Counted from the stretch's first letter, positions 10,154-21,870 are shown. The stretch is DNA of 54,776 nt from Nitrosomonadaceae bacterium (GCA_919902625.1 CAKKRO010000170.1:1-54776); one strand, 5' to 3'. Notes: a model not told the origin generated them from the letters alone. Numbers and translations: made by a program.

Positions 10154-11260
10154 ATGAAACAGGATGTGATCGTAATTGGCGCAGGAATCATTGGGCTTGC
10201 GACAGCGGAGCGCCTTTTAATGCAAGGTGCAAAAGTGACAATACTCGAGCGTAATAAAACGGGGCAAGAATCTTCCTGGGCAGGTGGAGGTATTCTTTCT
10301 CCGCTTTGTCCATGGGATTATTCTGATGAGGTCACACGTCTCACAAGTTACAGTGCTGATCAATTCCCAGCCTGGGTCTCAGTTTTGCACAACATGTCTG
10401 GAATTGATCCGGAATACGAAATATCCGGCATGCGGATACTGCCGCCTTACAACATGGAAATTGCGCAGCAGTGGTGTTCAGCGCGAGGAATTAAAATAGG
10501 GCAGGATGCAATTTCCGGCACTGTTTCAGCCAGAAGCAACCTCGAAATTCATACCAACGAGGCGCACAGCCATGCTTTGTTCATGCCGGATATTGCCCAA
10601 GTCCGTAATCCAAGATTATTACGCGCATTACAGCGCCGGGTGATGCAATTGGGCGGGGAAATTATGGAAAATTGCATGGTCAATCGCCTTAAAACCGTGC
10701 ATCAGCGAATACAAGCCATCACTTCGTCCTGCGGTGAACTGGTTGCTGATCACTATATTGTTAGTGCAGGAGCCTGGAGCAAAGAAATATTGGGAGCACA
10801 TGCCCCCAAACTGGATATCAAGCCGATCAGAGGGCAAATGCTGTTATTCAAGTTTGAAACACCGCCAGCACACAATATCCTGATTAAAAATGATTTATAT
10901 ATCATCCCTCGTCGGGATGGCCATCTGCTCATTGGCAGCACATTAGAAGATGTGGGATTTGACAAACAAACAACGGCATCAGCGCGTGATCATCTGTTGA
11001 CGCGTGCACAGGCAATTCTGCCGTCACTCTACAAAATACCTATCAAGCGACACTGGTCAGGACTACGCCCGGCTTCACCGGACAATATACCCACTATGGG
11101 TCAACATCCGATTATTCGCAACTTATGGATCAATAGTGGCCATTTTCGCTATGGCGTCACCATGGCACCAGCCAGTGCTGAAATTCTGGTGAATGAAATG
11201 ACTGGAGCGCCTCAACCATTGGATATCACTCCGTATCAAACGGGATGGAATACTGATTAG
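10154..11260 (+). CDS. thiO: Glycine oxidase ThiO-like FAD-dependent oxidoreductase (DAO family)
   Basis: GAGIIG Rossmann motif, SSWAGGGIL, PIRGQM, WSGLRP and GHFRYG. Confidence 0.8.
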   Translation: MKQDVIVIGAGIIGLATAERLLMQGAKVTILERNKTGQESSWAGGGILSPLCPWDYSDEVTRLTSYSADQFPAWVSVLHNMSGIDPEYEISGMRILPPYNMEIAQQWCSARGIKIGQDAISGTVSARSNLEIHTNEAHSHALFMPDIAQVRNPRLLRALQRRVMQLGGEIMENCMVNRLKTVHQRIQAITSSCGELVADHYIVSAGAWSKEILGAHAPKLDIKPIRGQMLLFKFETPPAHNILIKNDLYIIPRRDGHLLIGSTLEDVGFDKQTTASARDHLLTRAQAILPSLYKIPIKRHWSGLRPASPDNIPTMGQHPIIRNLWINSGHFRYGVTMAPASAEILVNEMTGAPQPLDITPYQTGWNTD

Positions 11261-11264
11261 GTAA

Positions 11265-12209
11265 TCAAGCCTTGGGCAATGGAAACACAACCGATTCAAC
11301 CACACCACTTAACTCCTCTATCATCACATCTTCACCAATTTGCTCGGCTCCGATTTGTTTGAGACGTGATATCACTTGCTGCACCAGTATTTCCGGAGCG
11401 GAAGCACCCGCAGTGATGCCAATGATTTTCTTTCCGGCAAACCACTCTTCTTGTAATTGTGCAGCGCGATCCACCATATAGGCTTCCACATTGGCATTTC
11501 TCGCCACTTCGCATAACCGGTTAGAATTCGAGCTGTTGGGGGATCCCACAACAATCACTAAGTCACATTGATTCACCATTTGCTTGACAGCATCTTGACG
11601 ATTCTGTGTGGCATAGCAAATATCATCTTTCTTGGGGCCGGTAATCATGGGAAAGCGCCGCTTCAATGCGTTGACAATGCGTGCGGCATCATCAACTGAC
11701 AGGGTTGTTTGTGTCACATAAGCCAAATTAGTGACATCTTTAACTTTTAAGGTTTCAACATCCATCTCGGTTTCAACAAGATACATGCCTTTGTCTTCAC
11801 CTTCAATCTGCCCCATCGTGCCTTCAACCTCCGGGTGTCCCTGGTGGCCGATCATAATAATTTCTTTTCCATCCTTGCGCATCTTGGCTACTTCTACATG
11901 AACCTTGGTAACCAGCGGGCAGGTTGCATCAAACACTTTCAATTTACGGTCTGCCGCTTCGCGCCGTACTGCATGAGATACGCCATGCGCACTGAAAATC
12001 AAGATACTGTCTTGAGGCACTTCATCCAGATTTTCTACAAAAACGGCTCCCTTCTTCTCCAGATTCTCAACTACAAAACGGTTATGCACAACTTCATGAC
12101 GCACATAAATGGGCGCGCCATGCATGGTCAGCGCCCGTTCAACAATTTCTATCGCACGATCCACACCGGCACAGAAGCCTCTTGGATTTGAAAGTAGTAC
12201 TTTGATCAT
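11265..12209 (-). CDS. ispH: 4-hydroxy-3-methylbut-2-enyl diphosphate reductase
   Basis: [24 protein letters not shown] and SSNS. Confidence 0.98.
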   Translation of the reverse strand: MIKVLLSNPRGFCAGVDRAIEIVERALTMHGAPIYVRHEVVHNRFVVENLEKKGAVFVENLDEVPQDSILIFSAHGVSHAVRREAADRKLKVFDATCPLVTKVHVEVAKMRKDGKEIIMIGHQGHPEVEGTMGQIEGEDKGMYLVETEMDVETLKVKDVTNLAYVTQTTLSVDDAARIVNALKRRFPMITGPKKDDICYATQNRQDAVKQMVNQCDLVIVVGSPNSSNSNRLCEVARNANVEAYMVDRAAQLQEEWFAGKKIIGITAGASAPEILVQQVISRLKQIGAEQIGEDVMIEELSGVVESVVFPLPKA

Positions 12210-12313
12210 TTATTTATTCTCCAACAATGGGTATTTTGCTTATACTCAATTCAGTGATCAAACATTTCGTACCCAACTTTACAAACAGCAGGTACTGAAA
12301 TCTTGACAGCGTT

Positions 12314-13432
12314 TTATGCTTCCCGATAACGTTCAGCCAATGCAACACGTTTCTCATAAGCTTCTCGTGCAATCTGGATATCTTCCAGAAATTGCGGCAG
12401 CTCTTTCATCAGCAGCGCTTGCGGGCCATCAACCAGCGCTTTGTTCGGTGCCGGATGGAAGTCGGCCAATACCATATTGGCGCCAGCAACGATGCCCTGC
12501 GCTGTCACATGCATAATATCCAGGATGCCATCCGCCGAGCTTGCACGAGTCCCCACTGAATGCGAAGGATCAATACAAACGGGCATGCGGGTCAAACGTT
12601 TGACAACAGGCACATGCGAGAAATCGACAAAATTACGATGCGGATCGCCCATATTTGTCTTCATGCCGCGCAACCCAAAAACCACTTTGCGATTTCCCTC
12701 TGAAGCCAGATATTCTGCAGCATTCAGAGATTCATCCAGAGTAATGCCAAAACCTCGTTTGATCAGTACCGGGAAGTTCTGCTGACGTCCTACAATTTTC
12801 AACAATTCAAAATTCTGTGTATTCCTTGTTCCAATCTGCAGCATGACGCCGGTTGCGTTTCCCGTTTGATACAGCGCATTGCGTATTTCTTCCAGATGGG
12901 ATTCATGCGTTATCTCCATGGCGATCACTTTGATACCGTATTTCCCTGCCAGATCGAATACATAAGGAAGGCAGGTTTTACCATGTCCTTGAAATGAATA
13001 AGGGCTGGTTCGCGGCTTGTACGCGCCCATGCGCGTACAAACCTGCCCGTGGTCGCGCAACGCCTTCATCATCATTTCAACATGTTCAATGGTATCTACT
13101 GCACACAGCCCGGCGAATACATTCAATGTGTCCTGACCAAAACGAACGCCGTTATAATCAAAAAAAGTTGGACGGTCATCATTCTTATGCCGCCCTAAAA
13201 CACGATATTCTTCAGAAACCCGCACAACCCGATCCACACAAGGAAGGGAGCTGGCATCTTCAATTGACAATATTTTCGTGTTACCAATCAAGTAGATCTC
13301 TGTCAACGTTTGTTCAGCGCCAATCTCAGTATGTACGCGCGTTGATATGCCTGAGAAATTGGCTAAATGCGCCAACAACTGTTTATATTCCGGGCTGTCA
13401 AGCCCGGTATTCGGAACAAGGATAAGAATCAT
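12314..13432 (-). CDS. Type I-beta DAHP synthase (3-deoxy-7-phosphoheptulonate synthase) with N-terminal ferredoxin-like/ACT-like domain
   Basis: AGLC, GAYKPRTSPYSFQG, QIGTRNTQNF, KRG and DPSH motifs. Confidence 0.85.
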   Translation of the reverse strand: MILILVPNTGLDSPEYKQLLAHLANFSGISTRVHTEIGAEQTLTEIYLIGNTKILSIEDASSLPCVDRVVRVSEEYRVLGRHKNDDRPTFFDYNGVRFGQDTLNVFAGLCAVDTIEHVEMMMKALRDHGQVCTRMGAYKPRTSPYSFQGHGKTCLPYVFDLAGKYGIKVIAMEITHESHLEEIRNALYQTGNATGVMLQIGTRNTQNFELLKIVGRQQNFPVLIKRGFGITLDESLNAAEYLASEGNRKVVFGLRGMKTNMGDPHRNFVDFSHVPVVKRLTRMPVCIDPSHSVGTRASSADGILDIMHVTAQGIVAGANMVLADFHPAPNKALVDGPQALLMKELPQFLEDIQIAREAYEKRVALAERYREA

Positions 13433-13611
13433 AAAATAATTTCAAAAAGATAATGCTAATTCATTGGCATAAGATAAAATGGCTCACGATTCTAACCGAA
13501 AAAACTGTCAGTGACCATGATTCCGGCAAATGTTCATTCCGACGTTTCTATCACAGACCAGACTTTCCCGCATAAAATGATTTTGCTATTTTAATGCTAC
13601 TCAACTAACCC

Positions 13612-13628
13612 TGAGACAATTTGTCGCA
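13612..13628. promoter_or_regulatory. Putative RegA/PrrA/RegR binding box upstream of regBA
   Basis: TGAGACAATTTGTCGCA is an imperfect palindrome matching the RegR box GNGRCRTTNNGNCGC with one mismatch. It lies ~70 bp upstream of regB. Confidence 0.6.
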
Positions 13629-13700
13629 TAGCCATACAAGAAAATTTAAGTTAACGTTCTACAGGAAAATCAACTGAAAAATTTACAGCAACCCTTCATA

Positions 13701-14960
13701 ATGTTTAGCGACCTCAGTCAATCGCCGCTCAGTAAAAATTTACAACGCCTATTTCTGCTCCGAAACATTGCCATCGTTGCCCAATGCCTGACTTTTGCTT
13801 TAGTGTACTGGACCATTGACATTGTCATTCCATGGACTCAGATGATTTTGGTTGTTGCACTACTCGCCCTGTTAAACCTGCTGACATGGCTACGACTGCA
13901 CCGCAAATGGCCGGTATCCCACACGGAGTTTTTTTTGCAGCTACTGATAGACGTCCTGGCACTCAGCACGTTATTGTATTTCAGCGGCGGATCAACCAAT
14001 CCATTTATTTCATTATTTTTACTGCCCCTGACCATCGCTGCCGCCACATTGCCTTGGCGTTATACATGGGTCATGGCTATCATCACGATTGGCTGTTATA
14101 CGCTGTTATTATTCAACTATGTGCCATTACCTCACGATCACAACAATCATCTGATTGAATTTACGTTACATGTTTCGGGCATGTGGCTGGCATTCGTATT
14201 AAGTACCGTCATCATCGCATGGTTTGTCGTCAGAATGAGTTCCTCTATTCGAGATCGGGACCGGGATCTGGCCAAAGCACGGGAACACGCATTGCGCAAT
14301 GAACAGATTATTGCCTTGGGAACACTGGCAGCCGGTGCTGCACATGAACTCGGCACACCGCTTTCAACCATGGCGGTTGTCGCGGGAGAATTACAACAAG
14401 AATACACACACGATGTTGAATTCCAGAATAATATCCATATCCTGCGTGATCAGATTGCCCATTGCAAACAAACCTTAACCCAATTACTGGCAAAAGCGGG
14501 GCAAGCCCGGGCTGAGCACGGCAGTGAACTCCCCGTCGATGAGTTTCTTCATCAAGTTCTGGATAAATGGAAACTGATACGCCCTTCCGTTAAATTTACG
14601 TATCAAGGTGCAGGCACACAACCTGCGCCCAGAATTATGGATAATCAATTATTGAGCCAATCCTTGCTCAATTTGCTCAATAACGCTGCAGATGCATCCT
14701 CAGAATGCATTGAGATCAAGAGTAACTGGGATAATCTGGCACTACATCTTGAAATCATTGATGACGGCAAAGGACTATCTGCGGAAGCGTTGCAACGCGC
14801 AGGTGAAGCTTTCTTTTCCAGTAAAGCGCCAGGACAGGGTTTCGGAATCGGCTTGTTTCTGGCCAATGCAAACATTGAGCGGTTTGGCGGCAGTGTTCGT
14901 TTGTTTAATCTTGAAAATGGCGGTGCCTGCACACAGGTTTTTTTACCATTGATAGGATAG
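13701..14960 (+). CDS. regB: RegB/PrrB family redox sensor histidine kinase
   Basis: Multiple TM helices, quinone-binding GGSTNPF, H-box AAAHELGTPL-like (AGAAHELGTPL), redox Cys (AHCK), and HATPase N/G boxes. Confidence 0.92.
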   Translation: MFSDLSQSPLSKNLQRLFLLRNIAIVAQCLTFALVYWTIDIVIPWTQMILVVALLALLNLLTWLRLHRKWPVSHTEFFLQLLIDVLALSTLLYFSGGSTNPFISLFLLPLTIAAATLPWRYTWVMAIITIGCYTLLLFNYVPLPHDHNNHLIEFTLHVSGMWLAFVLSTVIIAWFVVRMSSSIRDRDRDLAKAREHALRNEQIIALGTLAAGAAHELGTPLSTMAVVAGELQQEYTHDVEFQNNIHILRDQIAHCKQTLTQLLAKAGQARAEHGSELPVDEFLHQVLDKWKLIRPSVKFTYQGAGTQPAPRIMDNQLLSQSLLNLLNNAADASSECIEIKSNWDNLALHLEIIDDGKGLSAEALQRAGEAFFSSKAPGQGFGIGLFLANANIERFGGSVRLFNLENGGACTQVFLPLIG

Positions 14961-14965
14961 GTGCC

Positions 14966-15526
14966 ATGACTGAATCTTTGACAACGGATACTAACGAATA
15001 TCCCAGTTTACTCATTGTCGATGACGATACCGTCTTTTGTGATGTGCTGGCCAAAGCAATGACAAAACGCGGTTTCAGTGTAGCCTGCGCACACACTATT
15101 GAAAATGCATTAAAACTGGCTGAAGCTTCAACACCTGAATATGCCATTGTTGACCTGAAATTATCCAGTGAGTCCGGGTTGGTTCTGGTTGAGCAATTGA
15201 AAACCCTCGATCCTGGCACCCGGATCGTTATGTTGACCGGTTATGCCAGTATTGCCACAGCGGTTGAAGCCATCAAACTCGGCGCTACGCACTACCTCGC
15301 AAAACCAGTCGATGCTGATGAGATCATGGCTGCTTTTGAACGCACCATGGGTGAATCCGGCATACCCATCAGCGCACATCCTTTATCGGTAGGCCGGCTT
15401 GAATGGGAGTACATTCATCGCATCCTCACTGAGAACGACAATAATATCTCGGTCACTGCAAGAATACTCAACATGCATCGCCGCACATTACAGCGCAAGC
15501 TTGCTAAGAAACCCCATCGCGAATAA
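14966..15526 (+). CDS. regA: RegA/PrrA family response regulator
   Basis: Receiver domain with LTGYASIATAVEAIKLGA and Fis-type HTH EWEYI...NISVTARILNMHRRTLQRKLAK. Confidence 0.95.
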   Translation: MTESLTTDTNEYPSLLIVDDDTVFCDVLAKAMTKRGFSVACAHTIENALKLAEASTPEYAIVDLKLSSESGLVLVEQLKTLDPGTRIVMLTGYASIATAVEAIKLGATHYLAKPVDADEIMAAFERTMGESGIPISAHPLSVGRLEWEYIHRILTENDNNISVTARILNMHRRTLQRKLAKKPHRE

Positions 15527-15537
15527 AGCATACGATC

Positions 15538-16626
15538 TTATAGACACTTTGCAATCACCCGGATATCTCGCCCGATCATGCGTAAATCCATAATTTCAAG
15601 TGCTTTCTTTTGCTCAAGATTAACTAATTCCGGCAATTTAATCATCCCTTGCGCATCGTCACCGAGTAAATGAGGCGCAAGAAAAATAATCATCTCATCG
15701 ACCAGTCCGGCTTTAACTAAAGCGCCATTCAGTCCACATCCGGCTTCTACCAATAACTCGTTCATTCCAAGATTAGCCAGCACTGTCATCATTTCCCCCA
15801 AGTCAACAGCACCTACTGCAACGGGTAAAACAATGACCTGAGCACCCATTCTACTGAGCGCTGCTTTTTTCTCCTGATTTTCAGTATTGGCCGTAAAAAT
15901 AAATACTTCTTCACCTTGCAGTAATCGAGCATCCAATGGAATAGCCAAATGACTGTCCACGACTATTTTTTTCGGCTGACGGTGTGTTGCGACATGACGT
16001 ACTGTCAATTGAGGATTATCTGATTTTACTGTACCGATACCTGTTAGGATGGCGCATGATCGTGCCCGCCACCGATGTCCGTCCTGCCGTGCGGCTTCGC
16101 CCGTAATCCACTGACTGGTTCCGTTATTCAACGCGGTTTTACCATCCAGGCTTGCTGCAGTTTTTAGCCTGACCCATGGCCTGTTATGAATCATACGGGT
16201 GACAAAACCCACATTCAGCGCATGCGCTTCTGTTTGTAATAAACCGGTTTGTACTGTAATACCCGCCCGTTCCAATAATGCGCAACCACGGCCTGATACC
16301 ATTGGATTGGGATCTTCCATGGCGATAATGACCTTGGCAATACCCGCATCAATCAAAGCATCCGCACAAGGCGGCGTACGTCCATAATGACTACAGGGTT
16401 CCAATGTGACATAGGCTGTCGCTCCACGCGCCGCCTCACCCGCTAAGTTCAATGCGTTAATCTCCGCATGCGGCTGCCCTGCCCGCTCATGCCAGCCACT
16501 TCCAACGATCTGCTCATTTTGCGTAATCACACAACCAACACGCGGGTTCGGTGCCGTGCTATAGAGCCCTTTCTCAGCCAAACGCAAAGCGGTTGACATG
16601 AAAGCATAATCAGCCGGAGAAAACAT
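15538..16626 (-). CDS. ribD: Bifunctional riboflavin deaminase/reductase RibD
   Basis: PNPRVGC, HAE, LEPCSHYGRTPPC and ASLDGKTA. Start moved to the ATG at 16626. Confidence 0.97.
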   Translation of the reverse strand: MFSPADYAFMSTALRLAEKGLYSTAPNPRVGCVITQNEQIVGSGWHERAGQPHAEINALNLAGEAARGATAYVTLEPCSHYGRTPPCADALIDAGIAKVIIAMEDPNPMVSGRGCALLERAGITVQTGLLQTEAHALNVGFVTRMIHNRPWVRLKTAASLDGKTALNNGTSQWITGEAARQDGHRWRARSCAILTGIGTVKSDNPQLTVRHVATHRQPKKIVVDSHLAIPLDARLLQGEEVFIFTANTENQEKKAALSRMGAQVIVLPVAVGAVDLGEMMTVLANLGMNELLVEAGCGLNGALVKAGLVDEMIIFLAPHLLGDDAQGMIKLPELVNLEQKKALEIMDLRMIGRDIRVIAKCL

Positions 16627-16715
16627 ATAGATAAAGCTTAATATAGATTCAGAGAGTCTACCTGGCATCGGCTAGGCTATACAGCCGTCGATAAAACAAC
16701 GATCAGGTTTACCTC

Positions 16716-17192
16716 CTAAGATACTTTCTTTGATTGCGGTTGTTGATGTGGTTTTTGCACTTCCTTGATAGCATCGCGAAAATCATCCACATCCTGGAAG
16801 CTTTTATAAACCGATGCAAAACGAATGTAGGCCACTTCATCAAGTTTATAAAGCTCTTGCATAACACTCTCACCGATACTACGTGATGAAACCTCACGCT
16901 CCCCCATAAATTTTTGCACGATACGGTCTATTGCTGCATCCACGTAACTGGTGGGGACAGGGCGTTTATGAAGCGCACGCTTAAAGCCTGTCAGCAATTT
17001 ATTGCGGTCAAACTCGGTCCGGCTGCCATCATGTTTAACAACTTGAGGCAATCGTAATTCGACTGTTTCATACGTCGTGAAACGTTTATCACAAGCTTGG
17101 CAACGCCGGCGACGCCGTATTTTGTGACCGTCCTCACTCACACGAGAATCCATCACGCTGGTATCATCGGCATTGCAAAAAGGACATTTCAT
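16716..17192 (-). CDS. nrdR: Transcriptional repressor NrdR
   Basis: MKCPFC...DSR...[14 protein letters not shown] zinc ribbon, ATP cone and [10 protein letters not shown]. Confidence 0.98.
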   Translation of the reverse strand: MKCPFCNADDTSVMDSRVSEDGHKIRRRRRCQACDKRFTTYETVELRLPQVVKHDGSRTEFDRNKLLTGFKRALHKRPVPTSYVDAAIDRIVQKFMGEREVSSRSIGESVMQELYKLDEVAYIRFASVYKSFQDVDDFRDAIKEVQKPHQQPQSKKVS

Positions 17193-17261
17193 ACTGGCTT
17201 AAAATTGCGTTAATTAAACTAACCGGATGAATATGTTTAATATCCACCCGGTTTGAAGAAT

Positions 17262-18509
17262 CTATCCATACACCGGAAATTTTGCACACAACCGTTTTGC
17301 CTCAGTAGCCACACGTGACAAAACAGCCGAATCCAAAGGTGCGGCCAATACATCGGCGATCAAATTGGCCAGTTGTTCCGTTTCCAGTTCTTTGAAACCA
17401 CGCGTGGTTATTGCTGGTGAGCCGACACGAATACCGCTGGTAACAAATGGTTTCTGCGGATCATTGGGAATGGCATTCTTGTTAACTGTAATATGCGCCA
17501 GCTCAAGCGATTCTTCCGCTTGCTTACCCGTCAGATTCATTGCGCGCAAATCGACCAGAAACATATGGCAATCCGTTTGCCCCGACACTATCCGTAATCC
17601 GCGTTGCTGCAATACCTTTGCCATTACACGGGCATTCTCAATGACTTGTTCCTGATAATCCTTGAATTCCTTAGTGGCAGCTTCCTTAAATGCGACCGCT
17701 TTAGCTGCAATCACATGCATCAGAGGCCCCCCTTGAGTCTGGGGGAAAATGGCCGAGTTCAGTGCTTTCTCATGTTCCGGTTTGGCCATGATGATGCCGC
17801 CACGCGGTCCACGTAACGTTTTATGTGTGGTGCTCGTAACGAAATCCGCTATTCCAACGGGATTAGGATAAAACCCGGCAGCTACCAGTCCGGCATAATG
17901 AGCCATATCGACAAATAAATACGCGCCAACTGCATCGGCGATCTTGCGGAAACGTTTCCAATCGATGACTCGCGCATAAGAGGAAGCGCCCGCAACAATC
18001 ATTTTTGGCTTATGTTCATGAGCTAATCGCTCCACCTCGTCATAATCCAGTACTTCAGTGTCCGGATGCAAACCATAAGAAATCGAATTAAAAATCTTTC
18101 CGCTCATATTAACGCTAGAACCATGTGTTAAATGACCTCCGTGCGCTAAAGACATTCCCAGCAGGGTGTCACCAGGCTTTAATGCTGAGAGATAAACTGC
18201 GGCATTGGCTTGGGAACCTGAATGCGGTTGTACATTGACATACTCCGCACCAAAGAGCGCTTTTAATCGATCGATAGCCAGTTGCTCGACCTTGTCGGCA
18301 TACATGCAACCACCGTAATAGCGTTTGGCCGGATAACCTTCTGCATATTTGTTGGTTAGAACGGAACCCTGAGCCTGCATCACAGCCGGACTTGCATAAT
18401 TCTCTGATGCGATTAATTCGATATATTCTTCCTGGCGTTGTATCTCACCCTTAATGGCTTGCCATAATTCCGGATCGACACTTTCTATTGTTTGTTTCTG
18501 AGAATACAT
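17262..18509 (-). CDS. glyA: Serine hydroxymethyltransferase
   Basis: [22 protein letters not shown] and [12 protein letters not shown]. Confidence 0.99.
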   Translation of the reverse strand: MYSQKQTIESVDPELWQAIKGEIQRQEEYIELIASENYASPAVMQAQGSVLTNKYAEGYPAKRYYGGCMYADKVEQLAIDRLKALFGAEYVNVQPHSGSQANAAVYLSALKPGDTLLGMSLAHGGHLTHGSSVNMSGKIFNSISYGLHPDTEVLDYDEVERLAHEHKPKMIVAGASSYARVIDWKRFRKIADAVGAYLFVDMAHYAGLVAAGFYPNPVGIADFVTSTTHKTLRGPRGGIIMAKPEHEKALNSAIFPQTQGGPLMHVIAAKAVAFKEAATKEFKDYQEQVIENARVMAKVLQQRGLRIVSGQTDCHMFLVDLRAMNLTGKQAEESLELAHITVNKNAIPNDPQKPFVTSGIRVGSPAITTRGFKELETEQLANLIADVLAAPLDSAVLSRVATEAKRLCAKFPVYG

Positions 18510-18625
18510 GGTGATACCAGTCCTTTGAAATTTTTAGAAACTGAGAAAATGCGTATATTACCATTACCTGCTGGAGCACCGATAGCTGATCACAAAACAG
18601 TGGAATGAAAGAAAAAAATCCTAGT

Positions 18626-18796
18626 CTAGGAGACGCTGTCGGACTCAAGTGGTCGTAGCGAGCAAAATAGGAGAGGGAGAGCAGATTGGCCGGATTTTGA
18701 AGCACATATTCATTTCATGCAACGAAAAATCGGAGTAATATGAACCCGCCTCTCCCATTTGCACGGCCGATCAACCTTGAGTCCAGCCGATTCCAG
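18626..18796 (+). mobile_element. Degenerate copy of the ~168-bp MITE-like element (family B)
   Basis: Begins CTAGGAGACGCTGTCGGACTCAAG and aligns with 33768-33935 (shared TGCAACGAAAAAT and AATATGAACC). GGACTCAAG (18641-18649) and CTTGAGTCC (18776-18784) form a perfect inverted pair. Confidence 0.7.
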
Positions 18797-18805
18797 GAAT
18801 CGGCT
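18785..18805. terminator. 21-bp palindrome just downstream of the clpA stop (possible terminator)
   Basis: AGCCGATTCC-A-GGAATCGGCT. No clear U tract. Confidence 0.4.
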
Positions 18806-18810
18806 ATCCA

Positions 18811-21066
18811 TCAAATGACTACAGCTTCTTCCTCAAACAAAAGAATAACTTTGTCATTACTGTCTATATCAACAGTTACCTTGCCGCCATTGACCAGACG
18901 CCCGAATAGCAATTCATCGGCTAATGCGCTACGAATGGTATCCTGGATGAGACGCTCCATAGGGCGCGCGCCCATCAGTGGATCAAAACCATTCTTTGCC
19001 AGATAATTATGCAATTCTTCAGTAAATGTTGCTTCAACTTTCTTTTCATGCAGTTGTGTTTCGAGTTGAATCAGGAACTTATCAGTTACCCGCAGAATAA
19101 CTTCCCGATCTAAAGGAGCAAATGAAATCATCGCATCCAGCCGGTTACGAAATTCGGGAGTGAATAATTTTTTGATATCAGCCAGTTCATCACCTGCAAA
19201 TTTTGCTTGTGTAAATCCAATCGAAGCCTTGGTGAGAGATTCAGCGCCTGCATTTGTTGTCATGATAATGATTACATTACGAAAATCTGCTTTGCGTCCA
19301 TTATTGTCTGTCAGCGTGCCGTAATCCATGACCTGTAACAGAATATTAAAAATATCGGTGTGCGCTTTTTCAATTTCATCCAGTAATAAAACTGAGTAAG
19401 GATGTTTAATCACTGTTTCCGTCAATAATCCACCCTGATCATAACCCACATACCCTGGCGGTGCGCCAATCAAGCGGGACACCGCGTGGCGTTCCATATA
19501 TTCAGACATATCGAAGCGATGCAAGTGAATACCCAATGCATAAGCCAACTGTTTCGCAACTTCCGTTTTCCCAACTCCTGTTGGGCCTGAAAAAAGAAAA
19601 GAACCCACCGGTTTTTGTGGATTGCCTAACCCGCTTCTCGCCATTTTGATGGCTGCAGTCAGTGAATTAATTGCATTATCCTGCCCAAAAACAATGGCTT
19701 TCATATCACGGCCCAGTGTTTTCAACTTGTTGCGATCATCCGTGGAAATATTCTGTGGAGGAATTCGTGCAATCTTGGCGACTACATTCTCAATTTCACT
19801 TTTACCAATAATTTTACGTTTCTTCGATTTTGGCAATATGCGCTGAGCAGCGCCCGCCTCATCCAGCACGTCAATTGCCTTGTCTGGTAAATGCCTATCA
19901 TTAATATAACGCTCTGATAATTCTGCCGCAGAGATCAGTGCACTGGCCGTATATTTAACTTTATGATGCTGCTCATAGCGTGACTTCAGGCCGCGTAAAA
20001 TAGCTATCGTTTCATCCACGCTGGGTTCGTTAACTTCAATCTGCTGAAAACGCCTTGACAAGGCATGATCTTTTTCAAAGATCCCGCGATATTCACTAAA
20101 AGTGGTTGCGCCAATACATCTTAATTGCCCAGTACTCAGAACCGGCTTCAAAAGATTTGACGCATCCAGAACACCACCCGAGGCAGCTCCAGCACCAATC
20201 AATGTATGAATTTCATCGATAAACAGAATAGCTGATGGATTATCAGCTAATTGTTTTAATAGTGTTTTTAAACGTTGCTCAAAATCTCCCCGATATTTGG
20301 TACCAGCCAGCAATGCCCCCATATCCAGCGCATAAATCTGATGCTTCAACAGTAATTCAGGGACATCTTCTTCCACAATGCGTTTTGCCAAACCTTCTGC
20401 AATTGCAGTTTTCCCGACACCCGCTTCACCAACCAACAAGGGGTTATTTTTACGCCGCCGGCATAAGGTTTGTATAACACGCTCAATCTCCTTTTCACGG
20501 CCTACCAAAGGATCAATTTTATTATTCAGTGCCAAGTGATTAAGATTTACCGTGTAATTCTCGAGCAGGCCACCAGAATTGGATTCTGGTTCACCATCCC
20601 CTTCATTTCCGGTTTTGGCATCATTTTCGTGCGGCACTTTCCGGATATTATGGGAAATATAGTTCACCACATCCAGCCGCGTTACACCCCGCTGATTCAG
20701 GAAATAAACTGCGTGCGAGTCTTTCTCACCAAATATTGATACCAGCACATTAGCACCAGTAACTTCTTTCTTTCCTGAGGACTGAACATGCAATATGGCT
20801 CGCTGAATAACGCGTTGAAAACCTAATGTCGGCTGTGTATCAACTTCTTCATGACCATTAATCACCGGTGTATGGTGCGCTATATGGTCCAGTAATACGG
20901 ATCGCAAATCTTCGATATCCACCAAGCAAGCATTTAACACTTCAGCAGCACTTGCGTTATCGAGCATTGCCAACAGTAAGTGCTCTACTGTAATGAATTC
21001 ATAGCGTTTTTGTCTGGACTCCACAAATGCCATATGCAAACTGACTTCTAAATCTGGAGCAATCAT
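18811..21066 (-). CDS. clpA: ATP-dependent Clp protease ATP-binding subunit ClpA
   Basis: Two AAA+ modules (GEAGVGKT; GPTGVGKT), [12 protein letters not shown] and the IGF loop. Confidence 0.98.
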   Translation of the reverse strand: MIAPDLEVSLHMAFVESRQKRYEFITVEHLLLAMLDNASAAEVLNACLVDIEDLRSVLLDHIAHHTPVINGHEEVDTQPTLGFQRVIQRAILHVQSSGKKEVTGANVLVSIFGEKDSHAVYFLNQRGVTRLDVVNYISHNIRKVPHENDAKTGNEGDGEPESNSGGLLENYTVNLNHLALNNKIDPLVGREKEIERVIQTLCRRRKNNPLLVGEAGVGKTAIAEGLAKRIVEEDVPELLLKHQIYALDMGALLAGTKYRGDFEQRLKTLLKQLADNPSAILFIDEIHTLIGAGAASGGVLDASNLLKPVLSTGQLRCIGATTFSEYRGIFEKDHALSRRFQQIEVNEPSVDETIAILRGLKSRYEQHHKVKYTASALISAAELSERYINDRHLPDKAIDVLDEAGAAQRILPKSKKRKIIGKSEIENVVAKIARIPPQNISTDDRNKLKTLGRDMKAIVFGQDNAINSLTAAIKMARSGLGNPQKPVGSFLFSGPTGVGKTEVAKQLAYALGIHLHRFDMSEYMERHAVSRLIGAPPGYVGYDQGGLLTETVIKHPYSVLLLDEIEKAHTDIFNILLQVMDYGTLTDNNGRKADFRNVIIIMTTNAGAESLTKASIGFTQAKFAGDELADIKKLFTPEFRNRLDAMISFAPLDREVILRVTDKFLIQLETQLHEKKVEATFTEELHNYLAKNGFDPLMGARPMERLIQDTIRSALADELLFGRLVNGGKVTVDIDSNDKVILLFEEEAVVI

Positions 21067-21067
21067 T

Positions 21068-21382
21068 TCAGTTTTCCTCCATTACACACCTGAGCGGGTG
21101 CTGATTTATTCGCGCAAACTTAACTACCTGACTAACCTTGGTATTTGCAATATCACTCGGGTATATACCACACACACCGACTCCCTCCGTATGCACTTTT
21201 AACATTATTCGTGTTGCCTGTTCTTGATTCATGGAAAAAAATATCTTTAACACCTCAATAACAAATTCCATCGGTGTAAAATCATCATTCAATAATAAGA
21301 TTTTATACATTGGAGGAGATTTCTGCTTAATCTTCTCCTGCGTGAGAATAACGGCCTCTGAGCCACTTTTAGTCATCACCAT
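21068..21382 (-). CDS. clpS: Clp protease adaptor ClpS
   Basis: [19 protein letters not shown]...MLKVH...HPLRC, directly upstream of clpA. Confidence 0.97.
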   Translation of the reverse strand: MVMTKSGSEAVILTQEKIKQKSPPMYKILLLNDDFTPMEFVIEVLKIFFSMNQEQATRIMLKVHTEGVGVCGIYPSDIANTKVSQVVKFARINQHPLRCVMEEN

Positions 21383-21523
21383 TTTCCCTACTACTATCTA
21401 TTCATAAAACCATATTAATACAGAATACTCTCTCTGCTATCGACATATTTGACGATTACGACAAAATTTTCAAGTATCTTGAGGCAATTACTCAATTCTT
21501 GCATACAAATATAGTGTAACCGC

Positions 21524-21552
21524 TTGACTTTAACCCCGGATTTGCGTAAAAC
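21524..21552 (+). promoter_or_regulatory. Putative sigma70 promoter of the csp gene
   Basis: TTGACT-N17-TAAAAC, which would give a ~110-nt 5'UTR as is typical of csp genes. Confidence 0.5.
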
Positions 21553-21666
21553 AGTATGTGGCGTTTGGCTTCAAGTTCTCTGCGGTACCAGTTTTATCCG
21601 TTAATGGTCTTGAAATTCAAATAGTGTTAGGGTTTCCGGCCCAGTTTCTTAATATAGGAAGTAGAA

Positions 21667-21870
21667 ATGGCAACAGGTACAGTAAAATGGTTCAATGATT
21701 CCAAAGGTTTTGGTTTTATTACTCCTGACGATGGTAGCGAAGATTTATTTGCACACTTTTCGGCAATCAACATGTCTGGATTTAAAACCCTTAAAGAAGG
21801 TCAAAAAGTGAGCTTTGATGTCACTCAAGGCCCGAAAGGAAAACAAGCCTCTAATATCCAATCCGCTTAA
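21667..21870 (+). CDS. Cold-shock domain protein (CspA family; cspD-like position divergent from clpS)
   Basis: [30 protein letters not shown] (RNP1/RNP2). Confidence 0.97.
   Translation: MATGTVKWFNDSKGFGFITPDDGSEDLFAHFSAINMSGFKTLKEGQKVSFDVTQGPKGKQASNIQSA

Noticed and set aside
16627-16715. FMN riboswitch upstream of ribD
   Set aside because: The spacer is under 90 bp and lacks the RFN conserved motifs.
18510-18625. ZMP/ZTP (pfl) riboswitch upstream of glyA
   Set aside because: Common at this position in betaproteobacteria, but the GACTGGCG...CGCCTGGGC core is not present on the minus strand.
21446-21474. sigma32 promoter for clpSA (CTTGAAA on the minus strand)
   Set aside because: The -35 element is good but the -10 (CGTCAAAT) is a poor match to CCCCAT, which is too weak to call.
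21502-21517. NrdR box
   Set aside because: Only the right half (ATATAGTGT) matches, it is a single copy, and no nrd gene is downstream.
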